Origin: Planctomycetia bacterium
GTDB taxonomy: Bacteria > Planctomycetota > Planctomycetia > Gemmatales > Gemmataceae
Reading direction: 5' to 3'
NCBI GenBank assembly: GCA_043720335.1
Contig: JAYSSW010000977.1
Span: 1-28,842, forward strand
Length of the DNA stretch: 28,842 bases
The stretch's first letter is position 1; each line of letters begins with the position of its first letter. The notes below the pieces were generated by a model. That model was not told the origin of the DNA, ran no database searches, and saw only the letters and a program-made list of their open reading frames with translations. Shown here one piece after another: positions 9,857 to 17,929 of the stretch. Both the position numbers and the translations under genes were made by a program.

Positions 9857-10049
9857 CCTGAGCCCGAAGCGCCAAGCGAGGCCGCCCCGCGCGACGGCGT
9901 GAAATGCCGCGTGTCCCGTTCGCCAATGCGCAGCGAGGCGCCCGCAACGAAGCACGCCATTCCTCGCTGCGCATCGGCAGCCCCAACACGCCATGCCCCG
10001 CCTTCACATCGTCGCGCGGGGCGGCCTCGCTTGGCGCTTCGGGCTCAGG
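9857..10049. repeat. 193-bp nested inverted repeat (REP-doublet/REPIN- or MITE-like)
   Basis: Perfect 40-bp arms: 9857-9896 (cctgagcccgaagcgccaagcgaggccgccccgcgcgacg) and 10010-10049. Inner perfect 13-bp stem 9926-9938 / 9962-9974 (atgcgcagcgagg / cctcgctgcgcat). Confidence 0.85.
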
Positions 10050-10055
10050 GGTGCC

Positions 10056-11384
10056 TCAACCGAACAATTGCAGCAGCGGTTGGCCGACACTGGCGGGGCG
10101 GGTGAAGCCGTCGGGGCTGAGGCGCGTTTCAGGCGGGATGCCGAGGGCGTGGAACAGCGTGGCGCCGAACTGCTCGGGACGGACGGGGAAGTCGCGGACG
10201 GTGGCGCCGTGGCGATCCGACGCGCCGTGGACGGCGCCGCCGCGAATGCCCGCGCCCGCGAGCATCGCGGAGTAGCAAGCGGGCCAGTGGTCGCGGCCTG
10301 CATGCGCGATGCGCGGGGCGCGGCCGAACTCGCCCACCATCACGACCAAGGTGCTGTCGAGCAGGCCGCGCAGCGCGAGGTCTTCGAGCAGCGCGGACAC
10401 GGCTTGGTCGACGTTGGGGAGCGCCCAGCCGAGGCCGAACGCGCCGGTGCCGAACATGCTCCCCAGGCCGGCTCCTTCGCCGTGCATGTCCCAGGTCTGA
10501 ACGTTGCGGAACGTCTCGCCGCGCGGCAAACCTGCCCATGCCGTCACGCTGACGAGTCGCACGCCTGCTTCGACGAGCCGCCGCGCCATCAGCAGGTTCT
10601 GCCCCAGCGCGTGCCGGCCGTAGCGGTCGCGCAGCGGCGTCGGCTCGCGTTCAAGGTCGAAGGCGCGGCGAGCGGCGGGACCGGTCAGCAGATCAACCGC
10701 GCGTTCCAGACACGGGCGCATCGTGTTCGGTGCGGGTTCCGCACGCTGAAGCAGTTGGAGCCGCTGTTGCAGTCGTTCGCGTGGCACGTCGGCGTGCGTG
10801 TCGAAATTCGCGACACGGAAGCCGGGCGTGGAAGGGTTGTCGAGGTCGGTGCCGACACGGAGCGGACTGTAGGACGCGCCGAGGAAGCCGCCCGTGAGGT
10901 AGCGAAGCTGCACGTCGCCGGCGAGGTTCTGCAGCCAAACATACGACGGCAGGTTGCTGCTCGAAGGCCGCAGCTTGGCGGCGACGGAGCCGAAGTACGG
11001 CGTGTCGGCGGTCGGCGCCGAGTGGCCGGTCATGCAGACGTGCATGCCGCCGTCGTGGTTCGGGTCGCCATGCGTCATCGAGCGGATGAGGGCGTAGCGG
11101 TCCGCCATCGACGCCAGGCGCGGCATCAGTTCGCCGATCCTCAGCCCCGGCACGCGCGTGGGAATCGGCCGGTACGGCCCGCGCACGTCCTCCGGCGCGT
11201 CGGGCTTCAGATCCCAGCTGTCATGATGGCTGGCCCCGCCGTACTGCACGATGAAGATGCACGACTTCGCGTTGCTTCGCTGAGCGTCGGCTTGCAGCAA
11301 CTGGGGAAGGCCCAGCCCCAGCATGCCGACGCCGCCGACCTGCAGCAGCCGCCGCCGCGATAGTTTCGCATCATTCGTTTGCAT
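10056..11384 (-). CDS. DUF1501 domain-containing protein with twin-arginine-like N-terminus (442 aa)
   Basis: SRRRLLQVGGVGMLGLGLPQLL leader; KSCIFIVQYGGASHHDSWDLKP, YGRHALGQNLLMARRLVEAGVRLV, WDMH and GEFGRAPR...GRDHW motifs. Confidence 0.88.
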   Translation of the reverse strand: MQTNDAKLSRRRLLQVGGVGMLGLGLPQLLQADAQRSNAKSCIFIVQYGGASHHDSWDLKPDAPEDVRGPYRPIPTRVPGLRIGELMPRLASMADRYALIRSMTHGDPNHDGGMHVCMTGHSAPTADTPYFGSVAAKLRPSSSNLPSYVWLQNLAGDVQLRYLTGGFLGASYSPLRVGTDLDNPSTPGFRVANFDTHADVPRERLQQRLQLLQRAEPAPNTMRPCLERAVDLLTGPAARRAFDLEREPTPLRDRYGRHALGQNLLMARRLVEAGVRLVSVTAWAGLPRGETFRNVQTWDMHGEGAGLGSMFGTGAFGLGWALPNVDQAVSALLEDLALRGLLDSTLVVMVGEFGRAPRIAHAGRDHWPACYSAMLAGAGIRGGAVHGASDRHGATVRDFPVRPEQFGATLFHALGIPPETRLSPDGFTRPASVGQPLLQLFG

Positions 11385-11426
11385 CGAGAATCCCCCAGGA
11401 ATATGCCACCCCTAGCGTAGCTGGTG

Positions 11427-11455
11427 TCGACCCGATTCGCAACGAGCTTTATCAT
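11427..11455 (+). promoter_or_regulatory. Candidate sigma70 promoter upstream of the sugar ABC remnant
   Basis: TCGACC (11427-11432), 17-nt spacer, TATCAT (11450-11455). Confidence 0.35.
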
Positions 11456-11580
11456 GTTTCAACGACGAAATGAGAAACGGAGGTCACGGAGAAATCCAAG
11501 GAGAATGGTTTCGCGACGCCATTGTCTCGTGTTTCGTGGCGAGCGCGACGGTTCCTCCCGGCGTGATGGAGACGTGAACG

Positions 11581-11916
11581 GTGGTGCTGCGACGACTGTG
11601 GCTGTGGGCGTTTCTGCAGCTGGCTGGATGCTCGACCGGAAGCGAACCACCGCGTCGTGTCGTCGGCGTGTCGCTGCTGAACCTGGCCAACCCGTTCTTC
11701 AAGGAGATCGCCGACTCGATGCGCGACGAGCCGGCCAAGCACGGCTACGACGTGGTCGCGGTCAGCGGCGACGAGGATGTCGCCAAGCAGGACAAGCAGG
11801 TGAAGGATTTCCTCGTCAAGCACGTCGACGCGATCGTGCTTTGCCCGTGCGACTCGAAGGGGATCGGCCCCGTCATCCAGATGGCGAACGTGGCCGGCGT
11901 GCCGGTCTTCACGGTC
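11581..11916 (+). pseudogene. RbsB-like sugar-binding lipoprotein, N-terminal ~112 aa only
   Basis: Lipobox LAGC, then VVGVSLLNLANPFFKEI...VDAIVLCPCDS...ANVAGVPVFTV. Similarity stops abruptly at about 11916, where ATPase sequence begins in another frame. Confidence 0.8.
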
Positions 11917-12877
11917 AGCAGAAGTCGACAAGCTGTTCGCCGACGTCCGCGAGTTGAAACGGCATGGCATCGGCGTCCTCCACGTCAGCCATCGGCTCGA
12001 CGAGATCTTCGCCTTGACCGACCGTGTCACCGTGCTGCGCGACGGCCAGCACGTCGGCGCCAAGCCGATCGGAGAGGTGAGCCTCGAGTCGCTGATCGCG
12101 ATGATGGTCGGCCGACGGCTCGACCAGGAGTTCCCGAAACGGCAGGCGGCCATCGGCGCGCCGCGTCTCGTGGTCAAGCAACTATCGCGTGAGCCGTCTG
12201 TTCGCGACGTGTCGTTCACCATCCGTCGCGGCGAGGTGCTGGCGCTCACCGGATTGATCGGTTCAGGCGGCACCGAGACGGCCCGGCTCCTCTTCGGCGC
12301 CGACCGCCGCGGAAGCGGCGACATCGAACTCGACCGCGAGCGTCTCGACATCGCCTCGCGACGCCATCGCGGCGGGCATCGCCCTCTTGACCGAAGACCG
12401 CAAGGCACAAGGCCTGGTGCTCGGCCAATCGGTGATCGACAACTTCGCCCTCGCCAACCTGCCGCAATGGTCGCGGCTCGGCTGGATCGACCACGCCCAG
12501 GAACGTGGCGCCTTCCAGCGCTTCGTCGACCGGCTTCGCATCCGCCTCGCGGGGCCGGACCAGCCGGTCGAAACCCTCTCCGGCGGCTACCAGCAGAAGG
12601 TGCTGCTCGCCCGTTGGCTGGAGCGCAACTGCGACCTGGTGATCTTCGACGAGCCGACGGGCGGCGTCGACGTGGGCGCCAAGGTCGAGATCTACCAGCG
12701 CATCAACGAATTGGCCTGCGAGGGCAAGGCGATCCTGATGATCAGCTCCGAATTGCCTGAGGTGCTGGGCATGGCTGACCGGATCCTCGTCATGCACGAG
12801 GGCCGCGTCACCGGCGAAATCAACGACGTGGCGGGCGCGACGCAGGAACAAATCATGAAGCTCGCCGTGGGGGATGA
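11917..12877 (+). pseudogene. RbsA-like sugar ABC ATPase: N-terminus deleted, internally frameshifted
   Basis: First frame reads AEVDKLFADVRELKRHGIGVLHVSHRLDEIFALTDRVTVLRDG...MVGR. Frameshift near 12357-12361 (IAS-c-DAIAAGIALLTEDRK). Second frame has LSGGYQQK, DEPTGGVDVGAK and ISSELPEVLGMADRILVMHEG. The likely stop TGA 12875-12877 is out of frame after a G5 run. Confidence 0.82.
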
Positions 12878-12878
12878 G

Positions 12879-12962
12879 ATGGCTCGCTCGACTTCACTGG
12901 TGTCCCGGTTCCTCGCTGACCATTTCATCGTCGTGGTCCTGCTGCTGTTGTGCGCCGTCCTT
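12879..12962 (+). pseudogene. Probable RbsC-like permease, first ~28 codons only
   Basis: ATG directly after the ATPase end gives MARSTSLVSRFLADHFIVVVLLLLCAVL, resembling a first permease TM helix. The downstream read-through has no further hydrophobic helices. Confidence 0.5.
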
Positions 12963-12982
12963 GAGCGGGAAGTCGCCACGAG

Positions 12983-13051
12983 TCACGGCACGGCAGCCAG
13001 CAGGAGCGACAGGCCCAGCAGGGAAAGGGAGGCTCGGAGCAGGAATCGCAT
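12983..13051 (-). pseudogene. 22-codon signal-peptide-like ORF (truncated secreted-protein gene or small membrane peptide)
   Basis: GGAG at 13063-13060, 8 nt before ATG 13051. Translation MRFLLRASLSLLGLSLLLAAVP, then TGA at 12985-12983. Confidence 0.45.
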
Positions 13052-13268
13052 CGGCAGGTCTCCAGAAAGGGAGAGGATCACGGGCAGGCTGGAGATGATC
13101 GCACGAGCGGAAGGGGAATGCAAACGAGAAGAGATTTCGATCACGAACCCAGCGCTCGCGATGGGCCGAGAGGCGCTACGCGGTCGCCAATCTTGGGCTT
13201 TGGGTTATTGCCCCGGCTCGAATGACAACCAATATGCTTTTCTCAGAATGACAGCAAATCCTGAAAAT

Positions 13269-13517
13269 TCAGCGGGACTTCTTGATTATCATTCGAGCTG
13301 GGGTAGTATTCGCGTCAAGATGACCACGAATTGTATCAATCAGTCGTCGACAGGCCGCTTCCGCCTCTTCGAGAACGGGCGAAACATACGTCTTTCGCCA
13401 CGAGTCAATTGCTGGATCAAAGTAGGTTATTCTGAAATCGTCTCCAGGTTCAGTTGATAGTTGATATAGGCTCAGATCGCCAATCAACTGAATGATACGC
13501 AACTCCAAGCTGGCCAT
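13269..13517 (-). CDS. Hypothetical 82-aa protein in a low-GC patch
   Basis: Open frame in about 43-45% GC DNA (two sampled lines), where stop codons are frequent. No recognisable family. Confidence 0.4.
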   Translation of the reverse strand: MASLELRIIQLIGDLSLYQLSTEPGDDFRITYFDPAIDSWRKTYVSPVLEEAEAACRRLIDTIRGHLDANTTPARMIIKKSR

Positions 13518-13567
13518 CCTTTGTTGGAGCTGTCGTGAATGATGTAACGATGCGTGTCAACCCAGGT

Positions 13568-13651
13568 ATGAATTGCGATTTCAAAATCGTCGAAATCCAT
13601 GGCGACCTCGTTCTATTATTGTGTCTAGTTGAGTCTGCACTCTTTTGCTAG
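13568..13651 (+). other. 27-codon ORF divergent from, and similar to the N-terminus of, the 82-aa ORF
   Basis: Translation MNCDFKIVEIHGDLVLLLCLVESALFC. DFKIVEIHGDLVLL aligns with ELRIIQLIGDLSLY of the 82-aa ORF. Confidence 0.25.
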
Positions 13652-13746
13652 AAAGCAACGACGGCAGGATTCACCGTTTGGCACTCGGCGATATTCGGTG
13701 TACCCGAATGAAAAAAACACAAGTAAAGCAGGACGAGGGTGATTCG

Positions 13747-15144
13747 CTACCCCAGCCCCGGAATCACGCTCGCTTCGCCCAGGCGCGAGATGGCGCTGTA
13801 CGCGGGAAGCAAGCGCAGTTGCGTCATGTCGACGGTGGCGTGCAGCAGCGTGGAGATGAGGTTGCGCGACGTGTAGGCCTCGGTGGCGGGTTCGCCGCCG
13901 TCGCGGGTGGATTGGCCGACGACGCGGCCCCCCTGCACGCCGCCGCCGAACATCAGAAGCGGGGCGAGCCTGGCCCAGTGGTCGCGGCCGCCGTTGCGGT
14001 TGATGCGCGGCGTGCGGCCCATCTCGCCGGTCGCGACCAGCAGGATCTTGTCGTCCAGGCCGCGCGCTTCCGTGTCGGCGATGAACGCGGCCACGGCGTG
14101 GTCGAACGCACGGCCGATCGCTTCCATGCCTTCGACGACGTTGAGGTTCTCGCCGTCGGCGTGGAAGTCCCAGACGCCTTCGTAGTCGGCGTGGATGGTG
14201 ATGAAGCCGCAGCCCGCCTCGCACAGCCGCCGCGCCAGCAGCAGCAGCTTGCCGATGGAGCGTGCCTGGCCGGCGTAGTAGCCACGTGCGCCGCGGCGGG
14301 TGTAGTCCCACTGGTGCGACGGGACGTAGCGGCTCGTGTCGTAGCGGGCCACGACGCGCGGGTCTTCCCGCGAGAGGTCGAAGGCGTCGGCCACCCGCCC
14401 GCTGAGCAGCACTTCGCACGCCTGCCGCTGGTTGTGGTCGTGCGCTTGGAACTGCGGTTCGTATTCGAGGTCGCGGTTCAGCCGATCGAACTGCGCGGCG
14501 AGCGAGCGGCGGTCGTCGAAGCGGTCGGACGGCAGGTTGAGCCGCAGGTTGCGGAGAAGCTGGCCGGTGCCGCCGGGGATGAACGGGGCGTAGTTGCCGC
14601 CGACCGCGCCGGTCGCAGCGAGATCGCCACGCCCCTGGCCGCGCGCGACTTCGGCGCTGACCGACTGCGGGAAGAGGACGGCGTTCGTCGGCATGCCGGT
14701 CGTCGGATGCATCGCGCCGGCGACGCGCGAATAGAGCGAGCCGATGTTGGCGTTCAGCGATTCGGGGCCGACGATGGGGCGGATGTTGTGCTCGGCGTTG
14801 CCGGTCTGGAACGAGCGGACGATGGCGAGCTTGTGGGCGACGGCGGCGAGCTGCTGCATGGTGCCACCGAAGCGGACGCCGGGGATGGTGGTTTGCACGC
14901 TGCCGTTGAGCGTGCGGATGTCGGCTGGCGCGTCGAGCTTCGGGTCGAACGTCTCGAACTGGCTCGGCCCGCCCTGCTGGAAGAGGAAGATCACCGACTT
15001 GCCGGTGAGCAAGTTCGACACGGGCGACGCCGCCGCGCGTTGAGTCAGCAGCGACGAAAGCGACAGCCCGCCGAGCGTCAAGCCGCCGATGCGGAGCATC
15101 TCGCGCCGCGTGGTGCGCATCGAACTGTCATGGAGCGTGAGCAT
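13747..15144 (-). CDS. DUF1501 domain-containing protein with twin-arginine-like N-terminus (465 aa)
   Basis: Start moved to ATG 15144 (MLTLHDSSMRTTRREMLRIGGLTLGGLSL). Motifs KSVIFLFQQGGPSQFETFDPK, LLLARRLCEAGCGFITI, WDFH and GEMGRTPRINRNGGRDHW. Confidence 0.88.
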   Translation of the reverse strand: MLTLHDSSMRTTRREMLRIGGLTLGGLSLSSLLTQRAAASPVSNLLTGKSVIFLFQQGGPSQFETFDPKLDAPADIRTLNGSVQTTIPGVRFGGTMQQLAAVAHKLAIVRSFQTGNAEHNIRPIVGPESLNANIGSLYSRVAGAMHPTTGMPTNAVLFPQSVSAEVARGQGRGDLAATGAVGGNYAPFIPGGTGQLLRNLRLNLPSDRFDDRRSLAAQFDRLNRDLEYEPQFQAHDHNQRQACEVLLSGRVADAFDLSREDPRVVARYDTSRYVPSHQWDYTRRGARGYYAGQARSIGKLLLLARRLCEAGCGFITIHADYEGVWDFHADGENLNVVEGMEAIGRAFDHAVAAFIADTEARGLDDKILLVATGEMGRTPRINRNGGRDHWARLAPLLMFGGGVQGGRVVGQSTRDGGEPATEAYTSRNLISTLLHATVDMTQLRLLPAYSAISRLGEASVIPGLG

Positions 15145-15210
15145 GGCGGTTCCCCGCGAACGTGCGTTTACTGGTGGGATGAGCAAGCGGCGAGTCGGTT
15201 GGTTGACTCC

Positions 15211-15239
15211 TTTGTAACAGATCGTTCGGAGCGGTTCAA
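15211..15239 (-). promoter_or_regulatory. Candidate sigma70 promoter for the second DUF1501 gene
   Basis: On the minus strand: TTGAAC (15239-15234), 17-nt spacer, TACAAA (15216-15211), preceded by an extended -10 TGn. Confidence 0.35.
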
Positions 15240-15287
15240 TTCTTGAATGCGGGAATCCGAAAGCTCGAAAGCCACGTCGCACTCCGA

Positions 15288-16154
15288 TCATGCGCGCTGC
15301 GCAAGGGCGGCCACGAAGCGGTTGAAGAGCGGACTGCGGTAGCGGAGCTTGCTCCAGACCACGGCCAGTGTGCGGGTCGGCGGATCGCCGGCGATGGAGC
15401 GAAACACCAGGCCGGGATCGCGGCGGACGGCCATCTGCGGCACGAACGACACGCCATGCCCCAGGCGCACCAGCTCCAGCACCGTCGCCAACTGGTGCAG
15501 GTGCGCCGTCGTCACTGGGGCGAGCGCGTGGCGGGCGCAGAACTGTTTCGTCTCGCCCGACAGGCAGTGCGTGTCGTGGAGCAGCACGAACGGCGTGTCG
15601 GCCAGATCCTTCAACCGCAGCTTCGACTTCTCAGCGAACAAATGCTCCGACGGCAGCGCCAGCATCAGCTCTTCCGTCAACAGCGTCTCGACATGCAACG
15701 CCTCGTCCGGCACCGGCAGCGCCACAATCGCCAGGTCGATCTCGCCGTCGGTGATGCGGGCCAGGATCTCCGTCGTCGTCTCCTCGCGCACCTCGACGCG
15801 CGCCTTCGGGTTGTCGGCCGCGAAACGCACCAGCACCTGCGGCAGCAGGTACGGCGCCACGGTCGGGATCGCCGCGACGACGAGCCGGCCCGCCTCCGCG
15901 TCCTCGATGACGCTTGAACGCGCGTCGTCGACCAGCGCCAGGATCTGGTCGACGCGCTCCTTGAAGACTCGGCCCGCGTCGGTGAGCCTGGCGCCTCGTC
16001 CCAGCCGCTCGAAGAGGGGCCGGCCCAGTTCGTGCTCCAGCTTGGCGACCTGCTGGCTGAGCGTCGGCTGCGAGACGTGGCACGCCTCCGCCGCCCGCGT
16101 GAAGTTGCCGAGCTGCGCGAGCTTCGCGAAGTAATGGAGCTGCTGGATTTCCAT
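15288..16154 (-). CDS. oxyR: OxyR, H2O2-sensing LysR-family regulator
   Basis: LysR HTH (MEIQQLHYF...NFTRAAEACHVSQPTLSQQV); IPTVAPYLLP; LLHDTHCLSGETKQFC carries the His-Cys and C-X8-C redox pair of OxyR. Divergent from a catalase. ATG 16154 preferred because ATG 16178 lies inside the operator. Confidence 0.88.
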   Translation of the reverse strand: MEIQQLHYFAKLAQLGNFTRAAEACHVSQPTLSQQVAKLEHELGRPLFERLGRGARLTDAGRVFKERVDQILALVDDARSSVIEDAEAGRLVVAAIPTVAPYLLPQVLVRFAADNPKARVEVREETTTEILARITDGEIDLAIVALPVPDEALHVETLLTEELMLALPSEHLFAEKSKLRLKDLADTPFVLLHDTHCLSGETKQFCARHALAPVTTAHLHQLATVLELVRLGHGVSFVPQMAVRRDPGLVFRSIAGDPPTRTLAVVWSKLRYRSPLFNRFVAALAQRA

Positions 16155-16176
16155 GCGTGCCGCCTTGAAATGCGCC

Positions 16177-16213
16177 ATAGTCGATTCCTATGAATTGTAT
16201 CGACTGCCTCGAT
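16177..16213. promoter_or_regulatory. OxyR binding site
   Basis: ATAG(16177-80)-N7-CTAT(16188-91)-N7-ATCG(16199-202)-N7-CGAT(16210-13) matches 14 of 16 positions of the E. coli OxyR consensus ATAG-N7-CTAT-N7-ATAG-N7-CTAT. A candidate catalase promoter TTGCGT(16213-18)-N18-TACGAT(16237-42) abuts it. Confidence 0.8.
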
Positions 16214-16310
16214 TGCGTTGATGCTCGTCGCGACAGTACGATATGAGCAGCAGTTGGGATCCGGCTCCCGTCCCTTCCAAAGGGAGCGACAACCAGGGGA
16301 GAACCAAGCG

Positions 16311-17846
16311 ATGAAATCGTTCGCATTCGCACTCGTCGCCGTGACGACTCTGTGCCTGGCCGGCACTGTGGCCGCGCAGACGCCCGTCAAGCCGAACATC
16401 ATCGAGGACGGCGGCAAGCCGGTCGAGAACAACCAGGCGGGGCGCGGCGCCGGCGCCAACGGCCCCATGCTGCTCGACAACTTCCACCTGATCCAGAAGC
16501 TCGCCCGCTTCGACCGCGAACGCATCCCCGAGCGCGTCGTCCACGCCCGCGGCGTCGGCGCCCACGGCGAGTTCGTCAGCTACGGCGACCAGTCGAAATT
16601 CACCCGCGCCAAGCTCTTCAGCGCCAAGGACAAGACCACGCCGGTCTTCGTCCGCTTCAGCACCGTCATCCATCCGCAAGGCTCGCCCGAATCGCTCCGC
16701 GACCCGCGCGGCTTCGCCGTCAAGTTCTACACCGAGGAGGGCAACTGGGACCTGGTCGGCAACAACCTGCCCGTCTTCTTCATCCGCGACGCGATGATGT
16801 TCCCCGACATGGTCCATAGCCTGAAGCCCAGCCCCGTCACCAACCAGCAGGACCCCAACCGCTTCTTCGACTTCTTCAGCCACGTCCCCGAGAGCACGCA
16901 GATGCTCACCTTCGTCTACTCCGACATGGGCACCCCCGCCAGCCTGAGGCAGATGGACGGCTTCGGCGTGCACGCTTTCAAGTGGATCAACGCCGAAGGC
17001 AAGACGACGTACGTCCGCTTCAACTGGCGCAGCTTGAACGGGCACAAGAACCACTCCGCCGACGAGGCCGCCGCCGCCACCGCGAAGAACCACAGCAACC
17101 ACACCGACGACTTGTACAAGGCGATCAAGGCGGGCGACTTCCCAAGCTGGGAACTCGCGGTGCAGATGATCGCGCCGGCCGACCTCGCCAAATTCGACTT
17201 CAACCCGCTCGACGCCACGATGATGTGGAACGGCGTGCCCGAGGTCAAAGTCGGCAAGATGACGCTCAACAAGGCGCCGAGCAACTTCTTCCAGTTCACC
17301 GAGCAGGCGGCGTTCTCGCCCGGCATGATCGTCCCAGGCATCGAGCCGAGCGAGGACCGCTTGCTGCAAGGCCGCCTCTTCAGCTACGCCGACACCCAGC
17401 GCTACCGCGTCGGAGCCAACTACCTGATGCTGCCGGTGAACCGCCCGCGCGTCGAGGTCCACAACGGCAACCAGGGCGGCTCGATGAACTTCGGCGTCAC
17501 CCATTCCGACGTGAACTACGAGCCGAGCGTCACGACCGGCAACCGCCGCGACCCGGCGCGCAACGAAGTCGATCTGTCGCAGCTCAACCAGCTCAACCTG
17601 CAGAAGCCGAAGTCGGCCGACTTCAAGCAGGCGGGCGACCTGTACCGCTCGTTCAAAGCGACGGAGAAGGACAACCTCGTCAAGAACCTCGCCGGCGACC
17701 TCGGCCAAGTGAAGGACGCGAAGGTGAAGGCGACCATCGTGTCCCACTTCTACCAGGCCGACCCGGAGTACGGCGCCCGCGTCGGCGAGGCCGTCGGCGT
17801 CACCGTCGAGCAGGTGCGCACGCTGATCTCCCGCGCGAAGGAGTAG
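16311..17846 (+). CDS. katB: Monofunctional small-subunit heme catalase with Sec signal peptide (KatB-like, 511 aa)
   Basis: GGGGAG RBS; signal peptide MKSFAFALVAVTTLCLAGTVAA. Distal His in FDRERIPERVVHARG, Asn in DLVGNN, proximal Tyr in RLFSYADTQ. Confidence 0.93.
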   Translation: MKSFAFALVAVTTLCLAGTVAAQTPVKPNIIEDGGKPVENNQAGRGAGANGPMLLDNFHLIQKLARFDRERIPERVVHARGVGAHGEFVSYGDQSKFTRAKLFSAKDKTTPVFVRFSTVIHPQGSPESLRDPRGFAVKFYTEEGNWDLVGNNLPVFFIRDAMMFPDMVHSLKPSPVTNQQDPNRFFDFFSHVPESTQMLTFVYSDMGTPASLRQMDGFGVHAFKWINAEGKTTYVRFNWRSLNGHKNHSADEAAAATAKNHSNHTDDLYKAIKAGDFPSWELAVQMIAPADLAKFDFNPLDATMMWNGVPEVKVGKMTLNKAPSNFFQFTEQAAFSPGMIVPGIEPSEDRLLQGRLFSYADTQRYRVGANYLMLPVNRPRVEVHNGNQGGSMNFGVTHSDVNYEPSVTTGNRRDPARNEVDLSQLNQLNLQKPKSADFKQAGDLYRSFKATEKDNLVKNLAGDLGQVKDAKVKATIVSHFYQADPEYGARVGEAVGVTVEQVRTLISRAKE

Positions 17847-17870
17847 TCCACGTCGTCGCTGCTTCGGAAT

Positions 17871-17902
17871 GCCGCAGGGGATCGCCCCTGCGGCTTCTTC
17901 TT
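17871..17902 (+). terminator. GC-rich hairpin between catalase and ankyrin genes (terminator or mRNA stabiliser)
   Basis: gccgcagggg-atcg-cccctgcggc: perfect 10-bp stem with 4-nt loop, followed by ttcttctt. Confidence 0.6.
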
Positions 17903-17929
17903 GGCCGCCTTCTCAAAGGATCTCAGCCC

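Noticed and set aside
12387-13457. 356-aa ORF as an intact ATPase fusion protein
   Set aside because: It is the second ATPase half reading through the permease stub into antisense and low-GC sequence after loss of the stop codon.
16982-17929. Apparent 516-aa ORF ending in ankyrin repeats
   Set aside because: The upstream part is an alternative frame of the catalase; the ankyrin gene has its own RBS, ATG 17930 and signal peptide.
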